From the IMG/VR virus record IMGVR_UViG_3300027898_000007: 64,000 nucleotides of DNA. One strand, given 5' to 3'. Numbering within the stretch: the first letter of the stretch is position 1; every line of letters begins with the position of its first letter. The notes under the pieces were generated by a model, which did not search any database, was not told where the DNA came from, and saw only the letters and a list, made by a program, of their open reading frames with translations. Both the position numbers and the translations under genes were made by a program. Shown here one piece after another: positions 40,633 through 49,096 of the stretch. The stretch comes from a virus.

Positions 40633-40917
40633 TTATTTTAAATTCGAATGAGGATCCTGAATAAACTTTACAAATTGATCTTCGTAAAACCAAATGGTTT
40701 TCTTTTTAGCTGAAGAATCTACATATTCCACACATACCACCGTATCTCCTCCATATTTTACTTCTTTTTCAAAACCTTCTTTACTAAGAGCTTGGATATG
40801 AACCAAATCATATAATAAATTATAATCGACTTGGGTATAGTGGTTTTGTTTATTTAGATTCTTGAATTTTTTATTTATTTTTACTTCTAATAACTTAGGT
40901 GAGGTTTGTTCCGTCAT
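40633..40917 (-). CDS. Hypothetical protein
   Basis: ORF in operon. Confidence 0.5.
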   Translation of the reverse strand: MTEQTSPKLLEVKINKKFKNLNKQNHYTQVDYNLLYDLVHIQALSKEGFEKEVKYGGDTVVCVEYVDSSAKKKTIWFYEDQFVKFIQDPHSNLK

Positions 40918-41251
40918 TTGCGATTTTTATAGTAGCTTTAATTTCTTCAAAATAATCATCATAAATCTTCTTTACCTCATCATAAGACTGGGCTATTTTA
41001 TAAGCTGATTCTGTTTCATGAGAATAGATTTGACACATTTTTTTACTGATGGTATTTGTTTCTTCATTTGCAAATGTTTCACATATCTCATCATCTAGGT
41101 AAATAGGGATGATGGTACGAACAACAATATCAGAGCCTACCGTTTCCATGATTTCTTCTTCTTTATTGGTAAGAAGATTTGTTTCGGTCGAGGGTACAAC
41201 GTGATTTACTAATAATTTAAATTCTCTACGATTGTTGATGAGGTGGGTCAT
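40895..41251 (-). CDS. Hypothetical protein
   Basis: ORF in operon. Confidence 0.5.
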   Translation of the reverse strand: MTHLINNRREFKLLVNHVVPSTETNLLTNKEEEIMETVGSDIVVRTIIPIYLDDEICETFANEETNTISKKMCQIYSHETESAYKIAQSYDEVKKIYDDYFEEIKATIKIANDGTNLT

Positions 41252-41546
41252 AATTTGGATCTTCTTCGTCTTTAAGTTTTTTGGCTAAATATTTTTGATA
41301 TCGTTCTCTTTTCTCGTCTAGCTTTTGTTTTCGGAATTTTTTAACTCCGAATTTTCCTAATTTCCATAATACCACCGTTTGAAATTCACCTTGGGAAATG
41401 GTATCATGAACAAAACGAAATTGAGATCGAATAACTTCTTCTACTAAAGAATTGGGGACATTTAAAAATTGACCTTGGGTTTTTTCGATCAATTCTTCAA
41501 AAGGAACTTGATTGGATATGCGACCGGAGTATCTGATAAATCCCAT
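41226..41546 (-). CDS. Second HU/IHF-like protein
   Basis: VEEVIRSQFRFVHDTISQGEFQTVVLWKLGKFGVK. Confidence 0.6.
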   Translation of the reverse strand: MGFIRYSGRISNQVPFEELIEKTQGQFLNVPNSLVEEVIRSQFRFVHDTISQGEFQTVVLWKLGKFGVKKFRKQKLDEKRERYQKYLAKKLKDEEDPNYDPPHQQS

Positions 41547-41548
41547 AA

Positions 41549-41827
41549 TTACGGCTTATCTTTAAAGTTAAGTAAAGTACGTTCTATAAACTCTTTAAAT
41601 TCTTTTAATCCGGTTTCTCCTATTTTAACGGCTTCATAATTAATCCGTTCTTTGGTTTCTGGGTCTGTAAAACATACCCAAACCGATGATTCATTTTTAC
41701 CCAAATACAAATAATCCGTGGAATTTAAAGGAAATATGAGGACATCAAATTTTTTACCCCATCCTAATTTTTTTTGTTTACCTGGTTTAAACCCACAAGA
41801 TATGATTTGTATTCGAGTTAGTGCCAT
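41549..41827 (-). CDS. Hypothetical protein
   Basis: ORF in operon. Confidence 0.45.
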   Translation of the reverse strand: MALTRIQIISCGFKPGKQKKLGWGKKFDVLIFPLNSTDYLYLGKNESSVWVCFTDPETKERINYEAVKIGETGLKEFKEFIERTLLNFKDKP

Positions 41828-42141
41828 TAATTGATTAAATTGAAATTGAACGTAATAGATTCTGAATAAGGATCGAAAGACCTGAGTTTGTTAAAAACTT
41901 GTAATCCTTCTTCCGTATCCGTTAACATTTTTTTATCCCGTAATTTTTTAATGATGTTATTGAGATTAGGAACCGATATTCCGAGAGAAGATGCTCGAAT
42001 TTCACGACTGGTGGTATCCGGGTCACTCAAAAAACTAGCTAGGACTACAATTTCCATATCCGTAAGCCCCAGAACTCCGTTAATCGTTTGAAGGAATGTA
42101 ATATACAACTTATCAGATGTTGTATGGAATGTGAAATTCAT
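41827..42141 (-). CDS. Winged helix-turn-helix protein
   Basis: LTDMEIVVLA...LGISVPNLNNIIKKLRDKKML. Confidence 0.65.
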   Translation of the reverse strand: MNFTFHTTSDKLYITFLQTINGVLGLTDMEIVVLASFLSDPDTTSREIRASSLGISVPNLNNIIKKLRDKKMLTDTEEGLQVFNKLRSFDPYSESITFNFNLIN

Positions 42142-42159
42142 AATTGAGTTTAAAATAAA

Positions 42160-42462
42160 TTATTCAGCGATATTACTACCAGTAATAGTCATTAAATGAT
42201 CTGAAAAGTACATGGCTAGATTCATAAATTTACGATCTTCCGGATAAAGAATCCACGGTATCATTAAAGTCATAATCATAAAATCAGAAAATTGAACATT
42301 TGATGATTCCGGAATATGGATTTTTTCTAAATTTCTAAATAATTTTTTAGCAGCATTAATCACATTATCCAATGTTCTTGTTACCTGTGATTCAATAACG
42401 TGATCAATTTCATCAAATGCTGCATCCAATGTTTTTTTAATGTTAATGTTTAAAATTTCCAT
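42160..42462 (-). CDS. Hypothetical protein
   Basis: ORF in operon. Confidence 0.45.
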   Translation of the reverse strand: MEILNINIKKTLDAAFDEIDHVIESQVTRTLDNVINAAKKLFRNLEKIHIPESSNVQFSDFMIMTLMIPWILYPEDRKFMNLAMYFSDHLMTITGSNIAE

Positions 42463-42464
42463 AA

Positions 42465-43172
42465 TTAAAGTTTAGTTGCGGTTAATTTTTGTTGTTTTTT
42501 CTTTAACCTGTATTGTTTTCCTTTTTCTCGTTTAAGAGTTTTACATTCATCACATCTGCATCCGTAGGTATCGTAAGCAGATATTGACGGATGTGTTCTA
42601 GGTTTAATTGGTTGTATTCTTTTTGACCTACGATATTTTTCTTTTTTAGTTCTCATAAATTCTCGACATTTTTCACATCGACAACCAAGATCGTATGTCC
42701 TATAACTAGGATGAATTTCAACATTTGATAATATTTCTTTTTTTCGTTCTGTTGTTAAATTTTGTTGTTTTTTCTTTTTATATTTTTTAGAATATTTTTT
42801 TTCCGATTCTTTTCTTTTTAAATATAAATTAGTACATTCTTCACAACGACATCCGCGTTTAACATAAGCATTAACCGATGGATGAATTAATCGATTTTTA
42901 TTTTTAATACCAATAGAGTTACACCGTAAATGAGAAAATGCTAAATTATTTACATCCCAAAACATTTCTTTAGGATTTTCAGACCCCATCCAAGCAATTT
43001 TATGCTCGATAGATAATGTGTTAATATCTGTTATTTTTTCCCCACATTGAAAACAAGTATCCATTCCGCATTTTTGCATACAATGGAATAACATCAATTT
43101 CCTAATTTGAATGTGAGATTTTTGTAATGATTGTCCTAAAATTTCATATCCTTTTTTTTGAGAAGGAGTCAT
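42465..43172 (-). CDS. HNH endonuclease with three C-terminal zinc-finger-like repeats
   Basis: CFQC...SIEHK...NLAFSHLRCN, then three HPSxxxY(x)xxGCRCxxC repeats. Confidence 0.7.
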   Translation of the reverse strand: MTPSQKKGYEILGQSLQKSHIQIRKLMLFHCMQKCGMDTCFQCGEKITDINTLSIEHKIAWMGSENPKEMFWDVNNLAFSHLRCNSIGIKNKNRLIHPSVNAYVKRGCRCEECTNLYLKRKESEKKYSKKYKKKKQQNLTTERKKEILSNVEIHPSYRTYDLGCRCEKCREFMRTKKEKYRRSKRIQPIKPRTHPSISAYDTYGCRCDECKTLKREKGKQYRLKKKQQKLTATKL

Positions 43173-43198
43173 ATTTTATGTAATATTTTATTATTAGA

Positions 43199-43270
43199 TA
43201 GCCCTGGGAGGAATCGAACCCCCAACTACGGAAAATGAGCCCGTTCAGATACCATTTCTAACACAGGGCA
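43199..43270 (-). tRNA. Atypical initiator-like tRNA-Met(CAT); CCA not encoded
   Basis: GCCCTG/CAGGGC acceptor stem with U1:U72, TAGA/TCTG D stem, ACGGG-CTCATTT-TCCGT anticodon arm, GGGGG-TTCGATT-CCTCC T arm. Confidence 0.75.
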
Positions 43271-43278
43271 GTGTATTT

Positions 43279-43380
43279 TTATTTTTTTGTTCGTTTTTCG
43301 TGAGCGTAAATTAATACGAAATAAATAATTCCAACTTCTAAAATGATAATGGCTAATTCACTAAAATTAAATTTCATCAT
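43279..43380 (-). CDS. 33-aa single-TM peptide, not in ORF track
   Basis: MMKFNFSELAIIILEVGIIYFVLIYAHEKRTKK; ATGA overlap with upstream gene. Confidence 0.5.
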   Translation of the reverse strand: MMKFNFSELAIIILEVGIIYFVLIYAHEKRTKK

Positions 43381-43529
43381 TTTTTAAACCCCTTCTTCAT
43401 TTTATCGTACTGCTTTTGATCCACCGTAGATTTACTCTTGGATTTAGATTTTCCTTCTTTTTTTGCAATATTAATATTACGATACAAAGAATTAGGCTCA
43501 GCTTTAAGTTCTTTTAATGTTTTTGCCAT
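43377..43529 (-). CDS. 50-aa basic protein, not in ORF track
   Basis: MAKTLKELKAEPNSLYRNINIAKKEGKSKSKSKSTVDQKQYDKMKKGFKK. Confidence 0.65.
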   Translation of the reverse strand: MAKTLKELKAEPNSLYRNINIAKKEGKSKSKSKSTVDQKQYDKMKKGFKK

Positions 43530-43532
43530 TTA

Positions 43533-43676
43533 TTATTTTTTTCCTTTCATGATTTTTCCACCTTTTTTCATCATGCTAGTACCTGGGATCATATTATTTC
43601 CTTTAGGAAGATCATCTCCAATACTCATACCTTTTTTTGGAGCGGGTTTGTTTTCTTTTTTTGCTTTTGTTGCCAT
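43533..43676 (-). CDS. 47-aa Lys/Met-rich protein, not in ORF track
   Basis: MATKAKKENKPAPKKGMSIGDDLPKGNNMIPGTSMMKKGGKIMKGKK. Confidence 0.6.
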   Translation of the reverse strand: MATKAKKENKPAPKKGMSIGDDLPKGNNMIPGTSMMKKGGKIMKGKK

Positions 43677-43683
43677 TATTATA

Positions 43684-43872
43684 TTAATTTTTAAATTTAA
43701 GAGGTCGGTAAATTTTTTGATCTTCTACGTCTCGATCTGTACTGGAACTACCTAAATACATTTGATATTCTCGAATAGTCGAAATTACAAAAATACTAGT
43801 AAATATGCAAATGAATGTTAAAATAAAATAACCAGGAGGAATTGTAAAATAAAAATAGTTTGTTGGGTTCAT
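43684..43872 (-). CDS. Small membrane protein
   Basis: One hydrophobic helix. Confidence 0.45.
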   Translation of the reverse strand: MNPTNYFYFTIPPGYFILTFICIFTSIFVISTIREYQMYLGSSSTDRDVEDQKIYRPLKFKN

Positions 43873-44132
43873 GAGTTGTTTAAATGTAATTTAATAATTT
43901 TTTTGTACTTTTCTTGAAGTTCTTTGGCTTTTTGTTTACCTTCATCAGTTTGAGCATATGCTTCAGACTCTTTCATTTTTTGATAAAATCTTTCAGCATC
44001 TTTACCTGAAACCACATTTGAATAATTATGTTTTTCGTTTTGAACTAATAATTTAAAAAATAAAATACAACCTACTCCAAATCCGGATCCAAAACTTAAT
44101 ATGATCAAAGTTAATGTAATCATCATCATCAT
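43869..44132 (-). CDS. Small membrane-anchored protein
   Basis: N-terminal TM, charged C-terminus. Confidence 0.45.
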   Translation of the reverse strand: MMMMITLTLIILSFGSGFGVGCILFFKLLVQNEKHNYSNVVSGKDAERFYQKMKESEAYAQTDEGKQKAKELQEKYKKIIKLHLNNS

Positions 44133-44229
44133 ATTATTATTTTTTAAATAAAATGTATTTCCAAAGTTTAATGAATTTTGATAGAATCAATCCCCAAGTT
44201 ACTAATAAAAAAAATGAAAATCGATATTA

Positions 44230-44466
44230 TCATTTCTCAACAGTAGATGAAGATAAAACATTACTATCAAACGTTACGTTTTTAATGGCTCGTATTTGGT
44301 CGTTTTTAACGCACCATACCTCTTTACTTTTATCCATGAACACAACCCATATCAAATCATGATCTCGGTTGTAATCGATTAAAACATGGCAAATTCCGGA
44401 TTCTTTTCGATCCACCACATATACTGGAAGAGGTGGATCTAATTGAATCATATGGGGTCCTGCCAT
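44230..44466 (-). CDS. Hypothetical phage protein
   Basis: QLDPPLPVYV...LIDYNRDHDLIWVVF...EVW resembles a small conserved phage family. Confidence 0.55.
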   Translation of the reverse strand: MAGPHMIQLDPPLPVYVVDRKESGICHVLIDYNRDHDLIWVVFMDKSKEVWCVKNDQIRAIKNVTFDSNVLSSSTVEK

Positions 44467-44711
44467 TACTTACTAATTACTCCTTTAATTACGTTAGGAG
44501 CTACGGCTGTATGAACCGAAATTTGGGTTACATTTGGTTTACTTAAAACCGTAGCAATTTCGGTTGCTGTATGAGTCGCTACCGTAGCGGTTTTACCATC
44601 GGCTGAACTCCCAGTATATAAAAATTGTCCTGGATAAGTAGCTAGTCCATTAGTCGGCAAAATGGATTGAACATAATAAGTGTAAGTAGGGTCGTTTACA
44701 GGTGCGCTCAT
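44466..44711 (-). CDS. Hypothetical protein
   Basis: TAATG-coupled ORF. Confidence 0.5.
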   Translation of the reverse strand: MSAPVNDPTYTYYVQSILPTNGLATYPGQFLYTGSSADGKTATVATHTATEIATVLSKPNVTQISVHTAVAPNVIKGVISK

Positions 44712-44725
44712 TCATAATATGGGTT

Positions 44726-44926
44726 TTAGGTTATATTGTTGTGTTTATCTCGTAACTCATAATAATCCATAATGGACAACTCGGTTACGGTTTTTTCTTT
44801 TGCGTCTGGAGAATAACCTACCAAACTATATTTTATTCGTTGGGGACCGGAATGAACCGAATACATAATCGTATAGGTCCAATCCGGTTTGATGTCTACT
44901 AATGATGACGACCGTTCTTTATCCAA
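44726..44926 (-). CDS. Hypothetical protein
   Basis: ORF downstream of promoter. Confidence 0.45.
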   Translation of the reverse strand: MDKERSSSLVDIKPDWTYTIMYSVHSGPQRIKYSLVGYSPDAKEKTVTELSIMDYYELRDKHNNIT

Positions 44927-44948
44927 TTTTCTACTGTTTTATGAATAG

Positions 44949-44981
44949 CAAATATAACTAACAATCCCCAAGTCACACAAG
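44949..44981 (-). promoter_or_regulatory. Bacteroidetes sigma-type promoter
   Basis: CTTG-N21-TATATTTG on minus strand. Confidence 0.6.
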
Positions 44982-45123
44982 TAATGAAAAACAAAATTTC
45001 TATCATTAAAATCGAGAATTAAACATTCCATACGCGATCATTCCCATAGCAATTCCAATGCATATACAAATAATAATTACAAATTCGGCTTGATGCTCGT
45101 ATTCAGTTTTTAGTTTCATAAAA

Positions 45124-45753
45124 TTAATAATCTAACAAAAAATGATTCAAGTCATCTCTAAATTTATCCAATATTAATTGGGCATCATTTCTATTTTCAA
45201 ACCGAGGAAGATATGATATCGTATTTACCACAAAAGTGTGATGACAATACATATCAAACCGGAGTTCCCATTCCTTCGTTTCTAAATTATATTGAATTCC
45301 CCAACCTTCCATACTCAATTCCGATACTACTTTCAATTCCTCATCTTCAATAAAATTGTAGATTTTATTTAAAATGCTATTGGTTTTTTGATGAAACTGA
45401 ACTTTTTCTAATGTTGGGAATACGTTTCTAGCTTTAAATCTAAAATAATCATGTACACTGAGGTTCCATTGCGTTTTGATTATGTCGTTAGTTTCGTTTA
45501 AATAAAAATAATCATCTCCTATATTTGGTTCTACCCGACCTTTTTTCTTTTTTGGTTCAGGTATCTCACCTTCCTCTTTTTGGGGCAATAGTTCTGATAA
45601 AGGAGTTCCATTAATTAAAACGAAATGTTCTGAATCAATAACGTAAGAAACAGAATGCACTATTCCAGAATCTTTTTTTACAATTTCTAATTTAAAATCT
45701 TCCAAAGCTGAAGAAGGAGAAGGGACAGTACTTGATTTTGTTGTGGTACTCAT
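45124..45753 (-). CDS. Hypothetical protein, paralog of 55258..55758
   Basis: GDDYFYLNETNDIIKTQW...ARNVFPT. Confidence 0.55.
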   Translation of the reverse strand: MSTTTKSSTVPSPSSALEDFKLEIVKKDSGIVHSVSYVIDSEHFVLINGTPLSELLPQKEEGEIPEPKKKKGRVEPNIGDDYFYLNETNDIIKTQWNLSVHDYFRFKARNVFPTLEKVQFHQKTNSILNKIYNFIEDEELKVVSELSMEGWGIQYNLETKEWELRFDMYCHHTFVVNTISYLPRFENRNDAQLILDKFRDDLNHFLLDY

Positions 45754-45774
45754 ATATTGGGTTTTTAGTTAATT

Positions 45775-46077
45775 TTAAATTTCGCCATTTAAATACTCTT
45801 CAATCAATCGAGCTGTCGAAATGATCTCAGGTCCGTTTCCTTCGAGATCTTCGTTCCTAGAGCCTAATTTGACCATCTGAGCGATTATACGAATGGATAA
45901 TTCTAACGATAGTTCCCGATTTGATTTTCGGGACATTTTTTTCATCGGTTCGATCCTGTTATCGTCGGGTCGAAAAGGTTCTTGTGTCCAATATTTACGC
46001 GGGTCATCGGTAATACTAACCGTAGATTCTGAAAACCAGCCGTTTTGTTTTAATGGATTATTATTTGTATCAACCAT
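45775..46077 (-). CDS. Hypothetical protein, first gene of leftward arm
   Basis: ORF just downstream of promoter. Confidence 0.5.
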   Translation of the reverse strand: MVDTNNNPLKQNGWFSESTVSITDDPRKYWTQEPFRPDDNRIEPMKKMSRKSNRELSLELSIRIIAQMVKLGSRNEDLEGNGPEIISTARLIEEYLNGEI

Positions 46078-46106
46078 ATTTGAGTTTTTGTATTAACTCG
46101 TGACGG

Positions 46107-46138
46107 TAAAGGTACAAAACAATTTATCAATAACCAAA
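46107..46138 (-). promoter_or_regulatory. Leftward Bacteroidetes-type promoter
   Basis: TTTG-N20-TACCTTTA, one mismatch to TAnnTTTG. Confidence 0.5.
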
Positions 46139-46139
46139 T

Positions 46140-47640
46140 AAATAACGAGTTATAAAACAATTATATCATAACTCATTCATTCTCAAGTATTTAAATTTTT
46201 TGGGGATTTTATAGATTTTGCTTTACCTCATTATTCGTTAACCACTCATAATATCTTTTTAAAAGAAAGGAATAAAGCAATGCCCTTTTCAAATCGGCTC
46301 CGTATATAAGTCCAGGAATATTGTCGAAGTATCCAGTACCCAGTAGGAACAAATTTGAATCGGAACTGATGAGTAATTACTTTGTACGAAGCAGTAGTAT
46401 CTTATCCCCCATCCTGTAATCCATTGGTAACCAGATACTTACAAGTAAAATTTAAAATTTTAAAAATTACGAGTAAGTACCCAGTTGTTTATTTTAAACC
46501 ATTACAGGTCAACGTACTTTGGTATTCTAATTACCCTTTTGTAAACCCAGGATTCTGTATGATCCTATTTGGTACAGTTACCCCTTGGAATCTCCGGACA
46601 CCTGATAGGTAAAGCTAGACCTAGATATCCGGACCATTTAAAATACGAATTTGTTAGATTACGTAGATTAGTTTACAGCCCAAAGATAAACATTAAAAAT
46701 TTAAAATCCAAATTTATTTTAAAAATTACCGAATTTTATCGGATCAGTATCGGGTCATATCGTATCATACCGGATCGGACAGACTTGTCTGATACTGAAA
46801 TACTGATATTGAGATACTAACTAATTTAAATTTTTTAATTTGTGTCAGCGTATAAGTTTACTAAAAATATTGAAAAGTCAACGTATAAGTTTACTTGGTT
46901 ATTACTGGGGGTACTTAATATACCCGGTGGGGTACTGAGGTCTAATAAAGTACCCCCGGTGGATTTTGTGTCACATTTTTGGTATAAATATGGGACAAAA
47001 TTAAAATTTTGATGATGGATTTAAAATTTTTGTATCCGGTTTTTGATGGGGTGTACCCAGCGTAGCTGCCCCCGTCCTGGAAAAAAATTCCCGTTACACC
47101 CCCCTAAATTACAGGTCAAACCATCCCACGAGAAATAAGTAATTCTCTTTATTCTCATCCAAGCCAAATTTTACAGGGTCTCACAGTATTTAATTTGGTA
47201 GTTATGCCTTGTTACAATTCTACTTAACATAATAACAATTATAGGACAAATGGACTAAGCGAGATTCCAAATTTAATTCGGTTAAATCCTAGTACTTAAC
47301 TAGGAGTATTGAGGCTAGAATAAATTTGAAACATAGTAATAATGAATGATTTAACCAAATTTATTTTTACATTTTTGGACTGGGATATAAATTTAAATAC
47401 TTTTATTTAGGCAGCACCACCATCCCCCATCCATAAATAAAACTTATGAATAACCCAGTTTTCATAAATAAAACTTATATCTAATTATAGCCTGGATCAA
47501 CACCTATTCATTTACTTTACACTGTAAACAATAATTACACTAGAATATTTATATCATAATTGTTACAATAAAATACTGAATAAAAATTTGGTGTTACAAT
47601 AATTATTCGTACTATTGTATAACAAATAACAAAAATCAAA
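46140..47640. other. Divergent non-coding control region; possible genome terminus, packaging site or origin
   Basis: Strand switch of all genes; no convincing ORF; several direct and inverted repeats; G-run to C-run switch near 47050-47105. Confidence 0.5.
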
Positions 47641-48027
47641 ATGAAAAATAACCACGAATTTACCAACTTATCAGGTAAAAGTCCTGAATTTATTGAGGCC
47701 TATAATTTAGGTCGTGCGGATGGCTATCAAGCTAGTATCGAGGACAAAAAATATAACGGTTGGACTAATTACGAGACTTGGCGTGTAAAGTTGGAACTAA
47801 TCGACACGGATATTTATCAAAAAGAAATTTTAGAAAATTTTGAATCCCCTGATATTTACGACGTTTCTAAATGGCTTAGAGATTCGGTATTAGAATTAAT
47901 TGATATTCAATGTAATAGTATTGCTTCAGATTATGCGTTCTCTTTTGTCGAAAACGTAAATTGGTCTGAAATAGCAGAACACCTACTTGATGGATTGGAA
48001 TTTCCTAATGAAAACCCGTTCCTATGA
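47641..48027 (+). CDS. Conserved phage early protein (YNGWTNYETW family)
   Basis: KKYNGWTNYETWRV and VNWSEIAEH motifs. Confidence 0.6.
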   Translation: MKNNHEFTNLSGKSPEFIEAYNLGRADGYQASIEDKKYNGWTNYETWRVKLELIDTDIYQKEILENFESPDIYDVSKWLRDSVLELIDIQCNSIASDYAFSFVENVNWSEIAEHLLDGLEFPNENPFL

Positions 48028-48264
48028 AACATTCTATTCATCACCACCACTCCAAAAAAAGTCTAGAATTAAAGGGAATAGAGATGTAAAACTATTTGGT
48101 AACTATAAACCTATCTAACCTAATTTGTTATTCTGTTTAAATTAAGGCTATTTTAAAATAGTTGTAAATATATTTGGATTTAAACGCAAATGCGTTTTTC
48201 TTAGTCTTATAATTAAAGAGCAGATACTCAACTGCGACAATAGAAGCGAAAAGGAGAAAAAAAG

Positions 48265-48822
48265 ATGGCAAACAAAACAACACTTCAAACAATCTGCACC
48301 CAATATTGCAACATTGAGCACAATGATGACAACTATTCAATCGGAGGAGGCTTAGATAGCTCAAAGTTCGCGAGTCGCAGACACGAAGATGCGCGGAATG
48401 ATGAAGGTAAATTAACCCTTGGCGAAGCAACACAACTCTTTAAAAAAGCGACCGAATTAGACACAGATCAAGTAAGAGAGGTAATCGAATATGCCGTGCC
48501 TAATATGGAATGGCATCATGCGGGTAAATTGCCAAAGGCATACGGGGGAGGAATGAAAAAAACATATTTTCTCAATGCAACAGAAATTTGCGATCTAGCT
48601 AAAAATTGGGATGATAACGTACAGAAATTAGAACTTTCAAAAATCGCCAAAAAGAATATAGCAGAAGAAAAAAAGAATTTTGAAGGAAAGAAATTAAACT
48701 TTTTGCAAACCAACGCAAAAAGAGTTGTGAGAGTAAAAAACAAACCAATGTTTTCTGAATATTTTTCAGGATGGGAATTTGAAAGTGAAGAAAAATATCA
48801 CGAATTTTTAAACTTGAAATAA
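48265..48822 (+). CDS. Hypothetical protein
   Basis: EWHHAGKLPKAYGGGMKKTYF motif. Confidence 0.55.
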   Translation: MANKTTLQTICTQYCNIEHNDDNYSIGGGLDSSKFASRRHEDARNDEGKLTLGEATQLFKKATELDTDQVREVIEYAVPNMEWHHAGKLPKAYGGGMKKTYFLNATEICDLAKNWDDNVQKLELSKIAKKNIAEEKKNFEGKKLNFLQTNAKRVVRVKNKPMFSEYFSGWEFESEEKYHEFLNLK

Positions 48823-49055
48823 TGCATAGATTCCTATTAGCCGAAAATCCACAAGCCCCCGAAACAGGAGGCTTGTGGATAATTCACCTGCCTGAGCCAA
48901 TATGTATAATCGAAGCGGTTACAAATGGAGAAAAAATACACGCCAAAAAAGCAATATATACAAATGAGTTTAAGTATATCAATTCTGATGGGATTATTGA
49001 AAATTGGCAATTACGAATCCATCACTATGAGTTTATCGGCTTTGAAAGAAAGTAA
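48822..49055 (+). CDS. Hypothetical protein, possibly C-terminally truncated
   Basis: MHRFLLAENP start resembles longer Bacteroidetes proteins; ends abruptly. Confidence 0.4.
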   Translation: MHRFLLAENPQAPETGGLWIIHLPEPICIIEAVTNGEKIHAKKAIYTNEFKYINSDGIIENWQLRIHHYEFIGFERK

Positions 49056-49096
49056 TATTAATCGAGTATTCCGAATCATCAAAAAACCTAAAAATT

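Noticed and set aside
1-46077. Genome-wide TAG or TGA recoding as in some Crassvirales
   Set aside because: Late genes up to 1529 aa are uninterrupted in the standard code, TGA and TAG both serve as stops, and no suppressor tRNA is seen. TAG is rare as a stop, but that is expected at this AT content.
46230-46820. ORFs in the control region (46382..46612, 46569..46820 and a minus-strand fragment near 46230-46400)
   Set aside because: Non-ATG starts or an internal TAA and no recognisable motifs; a decayed gene cannot be excluded
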